Virus record (IMG/VR): IMGVR_UViG_3300025723_000127
Span: 1-30,826 of that record
Reading direction: 5' to 3' (one strand)
Origin: a virus
Lineage: Duplodnaviria; Caudoviricetes
Length of the DNA stretch: 30,826 nt
Shown: piece by piece, positions 1 to 9,463 of the stretch
Layout of the letters: every line of letters starts with the position of its first letter
How positions within the stretch are numbered: position 1 is the first letter of the stretch
Position numbers and translations under genes: made by a program
The notes under the pieces: model-generated
The model's input: only the letters and a program-made list of their open reading frames with translations
Database searches by the model: none
What the model was told of the DNA's origin: nothing

Positions 1-150
1 GGTGATTTAGGATTTGGATTAGCAGCAATGTTTGTTCCATTGATAGTTACTGCTGTTTGGGATCAATCCAAACAGCAAGTTGAAAGCCAAATTTATAACG
101 AAGAACGGTTAATTGACACTCTCAGTAAAAATCATGAGCCAAGAATATGA
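1..150 (+). CDS. Partial (5'-truncated) hypothetical protein with a hydrophobic segment
   Basis: Frame 1 is open from base 1 (GDLGFGLAAMFVPLIVTAVWDQSK...HEPRI) to TGA at 148-150, overlapping the next ATG as ATGA. Confidence 0.6.
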   Translation, partial: GDLGFGLAAMFVPLIVTAVWDQSKQQVESQIYNEERLIDTLSKNHEPRI

Positions 151-551
151 CAATGCATCTTGAGAAGGCCTTTCTAACTACTACTCGCTATAGCGGCAAG
201 AAGAAGAAATCAAATTCTAAGCGAGTTGCTGAATCTGAGGCTAAACACAATGCCTGGTTGGCTAAGCAAGGGCTTACACCCAATCAGATTCAATTAAAGA
301 AAGCATTTGCAGGCAATGTTAGAATCAATAATAGGCCAGATCTTACCACTAGTAATCCTTATCAACTTAGCAATAGCGTTGTTGGCAACGGTTACAAGAA
401 AGGTATAATGGAGAACCTACACAAGGAATCTCCTCAAGTGCAGAAGGAAATTATGGCTAAAGCTGCTAGAACTGCACCAGCTTATTCTAAAGGTGCATAC
501 CAATATATTACTCCTGGGGCTGATCTGTCAGATGTCGGCAGAAAAAAATAA
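147..551 (+). CDS. Basic phage hypothetical protein
   Basis: 134-aa Lys-rich ORF coupled to the upstream ORF by an ATGA overlap. Confidence 0.75.
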   Translation: MTMHLEKAFLTTTRYSGKKKKSNSKRVAESEAKHNAWLAKQGLTPNQIQLKKAFAGNVRINNRPDLTTSNPYQLSNSVVGNGYKKGIMENLHKESPQVQKEIMAKAARTAPAYSKGAYQYITPGADLSDVGRKK

Positions 552-553
552 AA

Positions 554-582
554 TTGCTTTATATATTAAAATATATTAAACT
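554..582 (+). promoter_or_regulatory. Sigma70-like promoter
   Basis: TTGCTT (554-559), 17 nt, TAAACT (577-582); AGGA precedes ATG 602. Confidence 0.5.
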
Positions 583-601
583 ATAGAAAATTAGGAAGAA
601 C

Positions 602-1162
602 ATGAATCCCTCATATAATCTTTTACAGAAACATGCTGAGACTAACAAGCAAATTTATACATTGTTACGTTTTGCTTGTCGTTGCAATCATGTGTCATCA
701 TTGACAATGAACACATGGGAACCTGCTATTGCTTTTCTAGCAGGAGAAATTGACATTATCAGAATGTACAATCTCGGTGACATTGATAACAAAGCAGTAG
801 AAACATATAATGAAATAGCTAAAAATATTAGTATCGACTTTCAAGTTCGTAAAGTAGAAGAAGACATTGAGGATACAGACTTGCTTTATATTAATACTCC
901 ATCAGAAGGAAACTATCGTGCTATGGAGTTAAACAAGTATGCAGCAAAAGTTCGTAAGTACATATTGCTTCCTAATACCGTAGCTTATGCTCATCAAGCT
1001 ATTCCAAACATTAAGTTATCAGCTGATGTTAAGCCAATTGGATTAGTTTTTGGAATTAATCATTTTATTCAACATAATGACAACTGGTTCATCTTAGAAC
1101 ATGATGATGTATTACCTGGAATGACTATATTAGTTAATAAGGATAACGTCGATGCTGCGTAA
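602..1162 (+). CDS. Class I SAM-methyltransferase-fold protein (Methyltransf_24-like), probably degenerate
   Basis: IEDTDLLYINT...ELNKYAAKVRKYILLPNT...GMTIL resembles the phage pattern IEETDLLFIDT...EL..HA.KV.KYI.FHDT...GLTIL. Confidence 0.5.
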   Translation: MNPSYNLLQKHAETNKQIYTLLRFACRCNHVSSLTMNTWEPAIAFLAGEIDIIRMYNLGDIDNKAVETYNEIAKNISIDFQVRKVEEDIEDTDLLYINTPSEGNYRAMELNKYAAKVRKYILLPNTVAYAHQAIPNIKLSADVKPIGLVFGINHFIQHNDNWFILEHDDVLPGMTILVNKDNVDAA

Positions 1163-1628
1163 TAAAGATATCGATCGACTAAAGGTTTTAGATAGACTTA
1201 TAAATTTAGAAAACGATACTATCGACGATCTCATTGAACAAGCAGTTACAGTTGCAAGAATGATCGAACCAAAGCTCGACGATATTGCTTCATATGGTCC
1301 AATTGAACGTATGGTAATGCAAGTTCAAGAAATGCAAAAAGATGTAAAAGAACTTAGGGATACCGTAAGAGTTCTAAACATGAGACTTGCAAGTAATGGA
1401 ACAACGCCAACTTGGCCATCTAATCCAGGCTTTGCACCAGCATATCCTCTAACAACAACAGGAATCAGTACGTATCAAGGAGATGTAATGATGAATAATT
1501 CATTTTCAATTCCTCCGTTAACTGCTACTCAAATAAATGAAAGTACATGGTCGGAACAGGTTCAGAAGATAATATCATCAGCTGATCCTAAAGATTATGA
1601 TATTGATCCTGTTACGGATGCTAAGTAA
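1152..1628 (+). CDS. Hypothetical protein with a coiled-coil N-terminal half
   Basis: 158-aa ORF overlapping the previous gene; GGA upstream. Confidence 0.7.
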   Translation: MLRNKDIDRLKVLDRLINLENDTIDDLIEQAVTVARMIEPKLDDIASYGPIERMVMQVQEMQKDVKELRDTVRVLNMRLASNGTTPTWPSNPGFAPAYPLTTTGISTYQGDVMMNNSFSIPPLTATQINESTWSEQVQKIISSADPKDYDIDPVTDAK

Positions 1629-1633
1629 GCTAG

Positions 1634-1849
1634 ATGTCAAAAGAAGAATTATTAAAAATTGAAGGGGTCGTTTGTGAAGTATTATCAAATGGAATGTATA
1701 GAGTAAACATCAACGAAAATATTATCATTGCTTATATTAGTGGCAATATTCGAAAGAATAGAATACGTGTATTACAGAATGATAGAGTTGAAGTTGAAAT
1801 GAGTCCATATGACCTTACAAAAGGCAGAATTACTTACCGGTACAAATAA
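1634..1849 (+). CDS. infA: Translation initiation factor IF-1
   Basis: [24 protein letters not shown]...[39 protein letters not shown], canonical IF-1 sequence and length. Confidence 0.95.
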   Translation: MSKEELLKIEGVVCEVLSNGMYRVNINENIIIAYISGNIRKNRIRVLQNDRVEVEMSPYDLTKGRITYRYK

Positions 1850-1850
1850 A

Positions 1851-2198
1851 ATGACAGTTGTAAACATTACAGACGCAGCTAGAAAGCATATTGTTAATGT
1901 GTTATCTACTGTAGATAAACCTTATCTCGTGTGGGGTCTTAAAGGCGGCGGCTGTGCAGGATTTGAATATTTCTGGGAACCTGCAGATGAAGAACTTTAC
2001 GCTAAAAATGGCACTCCCGGACGTGACGAAGTAATCGAACTAGCCGAAGGTAAAAAGCTAATTGTTGATTGCACTAGCTTAGTTTATACACTCGGTAGCA
2101 CTATAGATTATAAAAGTGATCTTATGAGCAGCCAATTAGTAGTTGATAATCCTAATTCTAAAGGCGGATGCGGCTGTGGAACAAGCGTAGCTTTTTAA
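1851..2198 (+). CDS. iscA: A-type Fe-S carrier protein (IscA/HesB/SufA family)
   Basis: ITDAA...KGGGCAGFEY...NPN...CGCGTS with all three conserved Cys. ATG 1851, just after the infA stop, is preferred over 1809. Confidence 0.88.
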   Translation: MTVVNITDAARKHIVNVLSTVDKPYLVWGLKGGGCAGFEYFWEPADEELYAKNGTPGRDEVIELAEGKKLIVDCTSLVYTLGSTIDYKSDLMSSQLVVDNPNSKGGCGCGTSVAF

Positions 2199-2222
2199 TA
2201 TCTATTTAACTACACTTCTCAT

Positions 2223-2259
2223 AATCTCCCTCTGTAATAAATAAACAGCAGTGGAGATT
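2223..2259 (+). promoter_or_regulatory. Late promoter ATAAATA in the loop of an RBS-sequestering hairpin
   Basis: AATCTCC-CT-CTGT pairs with ACAG(c)AG(t)GGAGATT; the loop holds ATAAATA (2237-2243); GGAG 2253-2256 is the SD of ATG 2264. Confidence 0.7.
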
Positions 2260-2263
2260 TTGA

Positions 2264-2896
2264 ATGACCCGTCAAATTATTAACGTAGGTGCAGGCCTAA
2301 ACGATGGCAAAGGCGATGACCTTCGCACTGCATTTATTAAAGTTAATCAAAATTTTACTGAATTATTCACTGGCGGTGTAGCCGGAACTAATTTACAGAT
2401 AGTAAACAATACTATTTCGTCAATTCAGGGAAACATCTATCTTTCACCTGTTGGCACAAATCCTGTAGTCATTGGCAATTCAAATACATTACAAGTAACT
2501 GCTTCAACCGTGAGTGTCAGTCCTTATACTGGCTCATTGGTAGTGTCAGGTGGTATCGGTTTAGCAGGCAATATTAATGCCGCTGGCAGAATTAATACTC
2601 CTACATTAGCTGCTTCGTCGGTATACGGCGACAATTTTTATTATAGTAATGGTGTTGCTTTTAGTAGTAGTAACTACGGTGATTCTAATGTTAACGCCGT
2701 ATTAAATTCACTTGGAAATTTATCAGCAATTAACTTTGTGGCACAATCAGCTGTATACAGCGCCGAATATTTTTATTCTAACGGGCTTGCATTTGTTGGC
2801 GGCGGAACTACCAGCGGCTTAAATATACTAGACGGAGGCACCGCTTCCACTACTTTCGATTTTACAGACAAAATAATAGATGGGGGCGGAGCCTAA
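2264..2896 (+). CDS. Short tail fibre/baseplate-attached protein with a T4 gp9/gp10-like N-terminal motif
   Basis: RQIINVG..NDGKGDDLRTAFIKVNQNFTELF N-terminus; GSLVVSGGIG fibre repeat; C-terminal DGG motifs. Confidence 0.7.
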   Translation: MTRQIINVGAGLNDGKGDDLRTAFIKVNQNFTELFTGGVAGTNLQIVNNTISSIQGNIYLSPVGTNPVVIGNSNTLQVTASTVSVSPYTGSLVVSGGIGLAGNINAAGRINTPTLAASSVYGDNFYYSNGVAFSSSNYGDSNVNAVLNSLGNLSAINFVAQSAVYSAEYFYSNGLAFVGGGTTSGLNILDGGTASTTFDFTDKIIDGGGA

Positions 2897-2899
2897 ACA

Positions 2900-5800
2900 A
2901 TGTCTACACAAATTAAATTTAGAAGAGATACAAGCACTAATTGGGCAACGGTTAATCCAATACTGGGGTCAGGTGAACCTGGATTAGAAACAGATACCGG
3001 CAAGGTTAAAATTGGTGATGGTGCAACAGCTTGGAGCTCTCTAAGTTATGTATTCAATGGATTTGTAGCATCTTATTCTAATATAAATGTTGCTCAATAT
3101 CTCCCAGCATATACTGGAAACTTGAAAGCAGGCAATGTAAATGCTTTAAATGCTGTTTATAGTCCTGCTTATTATTATTCAAATGGTATTGCATTTGTTG
3201 GTGGAGGCGGCGGAACTACTTATAGTGATTCTAATGTTGCTGCTTATCTTCCAACATATGCTGGGAATGTAAATGCTGCTAATTTTGTTAGTAGTACTGC
3301 TGTATATGCTCCTGCATATTATTTTGCAAATGGTGTTGCATTTACCACTGGTTCTACATATTCAAATGCAAATGTTGCTGCTTATCTTCCAACATTTAGC
3401 GGCTCGGTTGGTGGTACATTATCAACAGCAGCGCAAAATAATATTACTTCAGTTGGTACATTGGGTTCACTTTCAGTAACTGGTGCAGTAACTGGCAATA
3501 CATTTACTGGAGTTGCTGTATACGCCGGTACTATTGGTAATACGAGTTCAATATTAACTGGTACATTGTCAACCGCAGCGCAAACTAATATTACTTCAGT
3601 TGGTACATTGGGATCTTTAGGTGTTGTTGGTACTATAGCTGCAAACACGTTAAATGCAAGTACAATCGGTAACGCAGGTGCTTCACTACAGGGTTCTACG
3701 GTTAATGCTACTGGTGCTGTTCAAGGAAACACACACGTAGGCGTTGCTGTATATGCAGGAACCATTGGTAATACAGGTGCTAATTTAGTAGGAACCATTG
3801 ATACAAATGCTCAGCCATATATCAATAGTGTTGGCACATTAACTGGATTAACTAGTTCAGGTATTGTAACCGTTACCAACGGCACAAATACAATCAGTAG
3901 CTCAACTGGCGCTGTTGTAGTATCGGGCGGTGTTGGAATTGCTGGTAACTTATATGTTGCTGGTAATATAACAGCTGGAAATGTAAATTATGTTAATACA
4001 ACAACATTAAGTGCTACAGCACCAGTGCTTTATCTAACCACTGGTTCTGTTTATCCATACAATTATGAAATTGGATTCTATAGTAATATGTTTGGTAGTT
4101 CAAGCAATGTACTTGCTTATACTGGATTTGTTAGAAATCACGTTGATAATGTATGGCATTTGTTTAGTAATATTGGCGGCCCCATTGGAAGTGCATTTAA
4201 TCTAGCTAATGCTGCAATAATATATGATACTATTAAGACTGGCGGACATATTTTAGCTAATACAACTAGTTCAACTAGTTCAACTACAGGTGCATTGCAA
4301 GTAGCAGGCGGCGCTGGCATTGTTGGGAATCTTAATGTTGGGCAAGGAATTATTGCTGCAAACGGTGCAGTATCAACTGGTATATTTGTAGGTAATTATT
4401 CAGATGGTATTATTTTGGATTACCAAAATAATAACGGTCGTATTAGTGTTGGAACAGGAGATTCACTTAGTTTCTATACCGGTGGACCATCGGGACCTCA
4501 AACAGCAACTATAGCTGCCAATGGCGCTTTTATCAGCACAAGCATACAAAATACTCCAATTGGTAATGCAACTGCTTCAACTGGTGCATTCACTACATTA
4601 ACTGCAACAGGCGGAACTTTTACTACATTAGGGGCCACTGGTACTAGTACCTTAGGTGCAGTAACAGCATCGACTATAAGTTCTGGTACTATTGGTAATG
4701 CAGGTGCAAGTCTTCAAGGATCGAGTGCTGCATTAACTGGTGCAGTAACTGGCAATACATTTACTGGTATTGCTGTTTATGCAGGAACCATTGGTAATAC
4801 AGGTGCAACATTAACTGGTACATTATCAACTGCTACCCAAACTAGTATTACTTCAGTTGGTACATTAACTGGATTAAGCGTAAGTGGTAGTACTAACTTA
4901 CAAGGTACTACTAACGGAGCAACTATTAATGCCAGCACAATACAAGCAGGCACAATCGGAAATACAGGAGCAACACTTGTTGGCACGTTGGGAACTGCAA
5001 GTCAAACTAATATTACCAGTGTTGGACAACTTGGTTCTCTTGGCGTTAGTACTATTATAACTACTGGCTCATTGAATGCAGGCACGATTGGTAATGCAGG
5101 TGCTAATTTTATAGGTGCTAACTTAACTGTTTCGGGTAATATATTTGCAAACACTTATGGTGTATATGCAGGAAGTTATTATTGGGCAAATGGTACATCA
5201 TTTAGTGGTAGTGGTGGATCATCTTACAGCAATACTAATGTTGCTGGATATTTGCCAACATATAATGGTAATTTAAATGCTGGTAATTTAAACTTATACA
5301 GCAATACAACTATTGCAGCTACTCCTATTAACTCTAGTACATATGGCGAAATTCAAAGCAATCGTATGATGGGCAGATATAGTACTGCTACACAAGGATA
5401 CTTTGAACTTACTGGAACTGGAACAGTTGATAGCAATGATGCGTCAGTCGCTAGTCGTATTCCTACTCGCTTAGACACTGTTACTGGCAGTGAAATACTA
5501 CAGCCGGCATATGGCGCAGGATATGGCAACAAGAAAGTTGGTCTTGGATTCCACACTGGTACTTACAATGATATAACAACTGCTTCAGTAAGTGGTACAC
5601 CAAATTATTCTAATAATGTTAATGCTGTTGTTTTGGGATATATGAACAACGGCCCACGTTTATCAATAATGGATTACTCACTAGTAGATGATACTCCAAA
5701 CGTAATGGCATTTACAAGTAGTGTTTATAAATTCTATAGTGCTACAGGATCAACTATTGCAACTATGGATTCAACTACTAAGAACATTACTGCTACTGGC

Positions 5801-7444
5801 AACATATTTGCCAATTCAGGAACAATTCAAAGTAATATATTCACTGGTGTTGCGGTATATGCAGGTACCATTGGTAATGCAGGCACTGACTTTAATGGTG
5901 CAACTTCAGAATTAACCGGTGCAAGTCAAGCAGCTAGTTATACTACAATAAATGGCGGACAAATAACAGGATACTTAACAGGTGCAATTGGTGCCAATAC
6001 TGCTAACAGTGGCACATTTACCAGCGTAACTACTACCAGTGGCGGGCAACTAACTGGATATCATACTGGTGAGATTGGATCTAATATTGCTAATATTGGT
6101 ACGTTTACTACATTAACTGCAACTACAACGTCATCAACTAATTTAGTATCCACTGGTGCATTTTACTCAAATGGTACCGCAAATGTCAATTCAATGACTG
6201 CTAATATTATTACAGCGGGAACAATTGGTAATAGTGGTGCAGTAATTTATGGAACTTTAAATACTGCAAGTCAACCAAATATTACAGGCGTTGGTACATT
6301 AGGCGTATTAGCTGTAACTGGAACTATCAGTGCAGGTATTCATGCTGGTGCATTAAATGGCCCACATAATGGAACCGTTGGCGCATCAACTCCAAATACT
6401 GGTGCATTTACAACATTAACAACTACCGGAGATGTTACGGTTGCTGGTAGCTTATATGTCAATGGCAACAGCACAATAATTAATGCTAATAATGTTTCAA
6501 TCAATGATACTTTGATATATCTTGCAAATGCAAATCCGGCGAATAGCTATGATATTGGATTTGTTGGTCACTTTACTGCTGGTACCTATCAACATACCGG
6601 TTTAGTACGCCAAGCATCAACTAATACTTGGACATTCTTCAGTAACGTATCAACTGAACCTTCAGGCAACGTATTAACATTTGATGCTAACACAGCATAC
6701 GATGCTATTAAAGTTGGAAATGTAAGTACTGTAAATGGTATTTATTGGGCAAATGGTACTAATTTTGCAAGTACCATCTCTGGCACATATGGCAACACAC
6801 AAGTTGCTGCATACTTACCAACATATAACGGTGTTGTTCAAGGAAACACACATGTAGGTGTTGCTGTATATGCAGGCACAATTGGTAATACAGGTGCTAA
6901 TTTAGTAGGAACTATTGATACAAATGCTCAGCCATATATTACTAGTGTTGGTACGTTAACAGGATTAACTGTAAGTGGAGCAATAGTTCCAAATGCAAAT
7001 AACTCAGTTAACTTAGGCTCAACTAGTGCTTGGTGGAGTACAATATACGGTGTGGCTATTCAAGCAAAATATGCAGACTTAGCAGAGTGTTATGCATCTG
7101 ATTCAGAATATGCTCCCGGCACTGTACTTGACTTTGGTGGCACAAATGAAGTTACATTAAGCACAGCAGATGCAAGTCGTCGTGTTGCTGGTGTTGTAAC
7201 GACAAATCCTGCTTACTTAATGAATAGTCAAATTGAAGCTGAGTTTATTGCTGCTATTGCACTTCAAGGTCGTGTTCCAACATTAGTTCAAGGTCCTGTT
7301 ATGAAGGGTGATACAATGGTATCAGCTGGTAACGGTCGTGCTCGTGCAGAAGCCGATCCAAAAATTAGTACCGTAATTGGTAAAGCACTTGAAGATTTTA
7401 ATGGCGACATTGGTGTCATTGAAGTTGTAGTGGGACGTAACTAA
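2900..7444 (+). CDS. Long tail fibre: Mtd_N-like N-terminal domain, G/T/N-rich repeats, C-terminal intramolecular chaperone (peptidase G2-like)
   Basis: IKFRRDT..NW...NPILGSGEPGLETDTGKVKIGDG.TAW..L.Y; many AAQTNITSVGTL and AGTIGN repeats; C-terminal YADLAECY...VAGVVTTNPAYLMN...ALQGRVP...IGKALEDF. Confidence 0.85.
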   Translation: MSTQIKFRRDTSTNWATVNPILGSGEPGLETDTGKVKIGDGATAWSSLSYVFNGFVASYSNINVAQYLPAYTGNLKAGNVNALNAVYSPAYYYSNGIAFVGGGGGTTYSDSNVAAYLPTYAGNVNAANFVSSTAVYAPAYYFANGVAFTTGSTYSNANVAAYLPTFSGSVGGTLSTAAQNNITSVGTLGSLSVTGAVTGNTFTGVAVYAGTIGNTSSILTGTLSTAAQTNITSVGTLGSLGVVGTIAANTLNASTIGNAGASLQGSTVNATGAVQGNTHVGVAVYAGTIGNTGANLVGTIDTNAQPYINSVGTLTGLTSSGIVTVTNGTNTISSSTGAVVVSGGVGIAGNLYVAGNITAGNVNYVNTTTLSATAPVLYLTTGSVYPYNYEIGFYSNMFGSSSNVLAYTGFVRNHVDNVWHLFSNIGGPIGSAFNLANAAIIYDTIKTGGHILANTTSSTSSTTGALQVAGGAGIVGNLNVGQGIIAANGAVSTGIFVGNYSDGIILDYQNNNGRISVGTGDSLSFYTGGPSGPQTATIAANGAFISTSIQNTPIGNATASTGAFTTLTATGGTFTTLGATGTSTLGAVTASTISSGTIGNAGASLQGSSAALTGAVTGNTFTGIAVYAGTIGNTGATLTGTLSTATQTSITSVGTLTGLSVSGSTNLQGTTNGATINASTIQAGTIGNTGATLVGTLGTASQTNITSVGQLGSLGVSTIITTGSLNAGTIGNAGANFIGANLTVSGNIFANTYGVYAGSYYWANGTSFSGSGGSSYSNTNVAGYLPTYNGNLNAGNLNLYSNTTIAATPINSSTYGEIQSNRMMGRYSTATQGYFELTGTGTVDSNDASVASRIPTRLDTVTGSEILQPAYGAGYGNKKVGLGFHTGTYNDITTASVSGTPNYSNNVNAVVLGYMNNGPRLSIMDYSLVDDTPNVMAFTSSVYKFYSATGSTIATMDSTTKNITATGNIFANSGTIQSNIFTGVAVYAGTIGNAGTDFNGATSELTGASQAASYTTINGGQITGYLTGAIGANTANSGTFTSVTTTSGGQLTGYHTGEIGSNIANIGTFTTLTATTTSSTNLVSTGAFYSNGTANVNSMTANIITAGTIGNSGAVIYGTLNTASQPNITGVGTLGVLAVTGTISAGIHAGALNGPHNGTVGASTPNTGAFTTLTTTGDVTVAGSLYVNGNSTIINANNVSINDTLIYLANANPANSYDIGFVGHFTAGTYQHTGLVRQASTNTWTFFSNVSTEPSGNVLTFDANTAYDAIKVGNVSTVNGIYWANGTNFASTISGTYGNTQVAAYLPTYNGVVQGNTHVGVAVYAGTIGNTGANLVGTIDTNAQPYITSVGTLTGLTVSGAIVPNANNSVNLGSTSAWWSTIYGVAIQAKYADLAECYASDSEYAPGTVLDFGGTNEVTLSTADASRRVAGVVTTNPAYLMNSQIEAEFIAAIALQGRVPTLVQGPVMKGDTMVSAGNGRARAEADPKISTVIGKALEDFNGDIGVIEVVVGRN
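3717..6970 (+). repeat. Dispersed ~135-nt in-frame repeat (about 3717-3853 and 6835-6970)
   Basis: Both copies encode VQGNTHVGVAVYAGTIGNTGANLVGTIDTNAQPYI(N/T)SVGTLTGLT, with mostly synonymous differences. Confidence 0.85.
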
Positions 7445-7452
7445 TATTACAG

Positions 7453-7484
7453 CTCCTGCTTTGTTAATAAATACAAAGCAGGAG
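7453..7484 (+). promoter_or_regulatory. Late promoter ATAAATA in the loop of a perfect 12-bp hairpin containing the SD
   Basis: CTCCTGCTTTGT (7453-7464) / ACAAAGCAGGAG (7473-7484); ATAAATA 7467-7473; ATG 7491. Confidence 0.8.
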
Positions 7485-7490
7485 ATTTAG

Positions 7491-9428
7491 ATGTCACAGC
7501 AGTTTATTAATATTGGATCTACACCGAATGATAGTACAGGTGATCCGCTACGTACAGCATTTGATAAAATAAATCAAAATTTCAATGAAGTATATTCTAA
7601 CGTAGCTGGTAGTAATTTTAAATTCCAAGTTAATACAATGACAACTAAATTAGGAAATATTAATATTTCACCAATTGGTTCTGCTGTTATTGTAGGCACA
7701 AATAATCAACTTTATCTTCAAGGAACGGCAGCTAGTACTAGTACATCAACTGGTACACTAGTAGTTAACGGCGGGGTTGGCATTGCTGGAGACTTGCACA
7801 TTGGCGGATATTTTGTTGCGCCATATGCTTCTTTCTCTCAACTTCAAAATACACCAATTGGCACAATTACTCCTACATTGGGATCATTCACTACATTAGG
7901 CGCAACAGATCTTAGTGTTTCCAATAGTGTTTCAATAAACAATACTCTATCAGTAATCAATAATTTTTCGGCTGGCAGTATCTCCACTGGTGCTCTTACA
8001 GCAACTAGTGTTACTGCGGGTAGTGGGTCAGGAACTTTCCAAAATTTATACAGCATAGAGAGTATTTTCTCAAATGCATTTGTTAATGGTCTTACTGCAA
8101 TTAATCTTCTTACATCTAATGCTTACATAACAGGTGGTACTATAAGTGGTGTAAGTATTTCAATTAATGGCGTCGATAATACACCAATTGGTGCTACAAC
8201 TCCTAACACTGCTGTATTCACAAAAATGACAACTGCGAATGCACAGATTACAGGGGGTAATATATCCGGAGTAACTCTTAGTGTTACTGCATTAAACAGC
8301 ACCCCAATTGGCAATGCAATTCCCAGTACCGGTGTGTTTACAAATGTTACTACTTCAAATGGCGGTCAGCATATTGGATATCATACTGGTGCAATTGGAG
8401 CTAATATTGCCAACACCGGTGTGTTTACAAATGTCACTACTTCAAATGGTGGTCAGCATATTGGATATCATACTGGTGCAATTGGAGCTAATGTTGCTAA
8501 TAGTGGGGCATTTACTACAGTTACAACATCTGGAAACTTAACAACAGCAAATGTAGCAGTAAATGGTAATCTAAGCACTAACTATCTAATTGCAAACACT
8601 ATTACTACAACTGCTGGATTAGGCGGTAACTTAATCATTGATCCGGATGGCTCAGCAGATTTAGTTATTTCTCCATTCACCGAAGTTTACATACAAAGTA
8701 CTGCCAGTTCAAATTCTACATCAAACGGTTCACTTATCGTTAGTGGAGGCATTGGTGTTGCAGGCAATGTATATGTAGGTGGTCAGCTTGTTGGATATCA
8801 TACCGGTGCGATTGGAGCCAATATTGCCAACACCGGTGTATTTACAAATGTCACTACTTCAAATGGCGGTCAGCTTTTTGGATATCACACTGGTGCAATT
8901 GGAGCTAATGTTGCTAATAGTGGTGCATTTACTGAAGTTACTATATCAGGTAATTTAATTGCTAGTAATTTCACCATAATAGGCAACATTAGCGGTTCTG
9001 CTGCAACATCAGTTTCTGCAACAACTGCCGGTACTGCAACTTATGCAACTACTGCTGGTTTAGCAGGATCTGCTACAACTGTCGTTCAACCCTATCAAGG
9101 AAATATTACTGGTACTGGCACACTGGCTAATCTTTTTGTTAATTCTACTGCAACTGTTGGTAATTTAAGTACATCGGGAAACATAACTGCAACAGGAAAT
9201 ATTACCACTGGGCAAACTTTTTATGCAGGAACAATTAACGTAGGTAATGTCAGAGTAACAGGTGGAAATTTAAATATCTACGACAGTTATACTATTAATG
9301 ATAGTATAGGATCTCCAGGCGATGTTAAAGGTAAGATTGTATGGAGCAACAATTACATTTATGTATGTGGTGCTGACTATACTGGAACAGGTTCAATTTG
9401 GTTTAGGGCAAATCTCAACAGTTTCTAA
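7491..9428 (+). CDS. Tail fibre-like protein with a gp9/gp10-like N-terminal motif
   Basis: QQFINIGSTPNDSTGDPLRTAFDKINQNFNEVY; N-terminus paralogous to 2264..2896; NTPIG and GYHTGAIGAN repeats; C-terminal G.PGD.KG.I.W..NYIYVC...W.R module. Confidence 0.8.
   Translation: MSQQFINIGSTPNDSTGDPLRTAFDKINQNFNEVYSNVAGSNFKFQVNTMTTKLGNINISPIGSAVIVGTNNQLYLQGTAASTSTSTGTLVVNGGVGIAGDLHIGGYFVAPYASFSQLQNTPIGTITPTLGSFTTLGATDLSVSNSVSINNTLSVINNFSAGSISTGALTATSVTAGSGSGTFQNLYSIESIFSNAFVNGLTAINLLTSNAYITGGTISGVSISINGVDNTPIGATTPNTAVFTKMTTANAQITGGNISGVTLSVTALNSTPIGNAIPSTGVFTNVTTSNGGQHIGYHTGAIGANIANTGVFTNVTTSNGGQHIGYHTGAIGANVANSGAFTTVTTSGNLTTANVAVNGNLSTNYLIANTITTTAGLGGNLIIDPDGSADLVISPFTEVYIQSTASSNSTSNGSLIVSGGIGVAGNVYVGGQLVGYHTGAIGANIANTGVFTNVTTSNGGQLFGYHTGAIGANVANSGAFTEVTISGNLIASNFTIIGNISGSAATSVSATTAGTATYATTAGLAGSATTVVQPYQGNITGTGTLANLFVNSTATVGNLSTSGNITATGNITTGQTFYAGTINVGNVRVTGGNLNIYDSYTINDSIGSPGDVKGKIVWSNNYIYVCGADYTGTGSIWFRANLNSF
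8328..8933 (+). repeat. 87-nt (29-aa) tandem repeat, re-duplicated downstream
   Basis: Units start at 8328 and 8415 (TGVFTNVTTSNGGQHIGYHTGAIGAN(I/V)AN); a further ~155-nt copy lies at 8778-8933. Confidence 0.9.
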
Positions 9429-9442
9429 TCAATGATATAGCA

Positions 9443-9449
9443 ATAAATA
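9443..9449 (+). promoter_or_regulatory. Late promoter motif ATAAATA
   Basis: Intergenic ATAAATA followed by GGAG and ATG 9464. Confidence 0.7.
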
Positions 9450-9463
9450 TCTATGGAGATGTA

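Noticed and set aside
113-118. TTGACA as a -35 box
   Set aside because: It lies inside a coding region with no -10 box at 16-18 nt.
8328-8933. CRISPR-like array
   Set aside because: The repeats are 87-nt in-frame coding units without unique spacers, and no cas genes are present.
2900-9428. Diversity-generating retroelement suggested by the Mtd_N-like domain and near-identical repeats
   Set aside because: There is no reverse transcriptase in the window. Differences between repeat copies are mostly synonymous and not adenine-specific, and all copies are coding.
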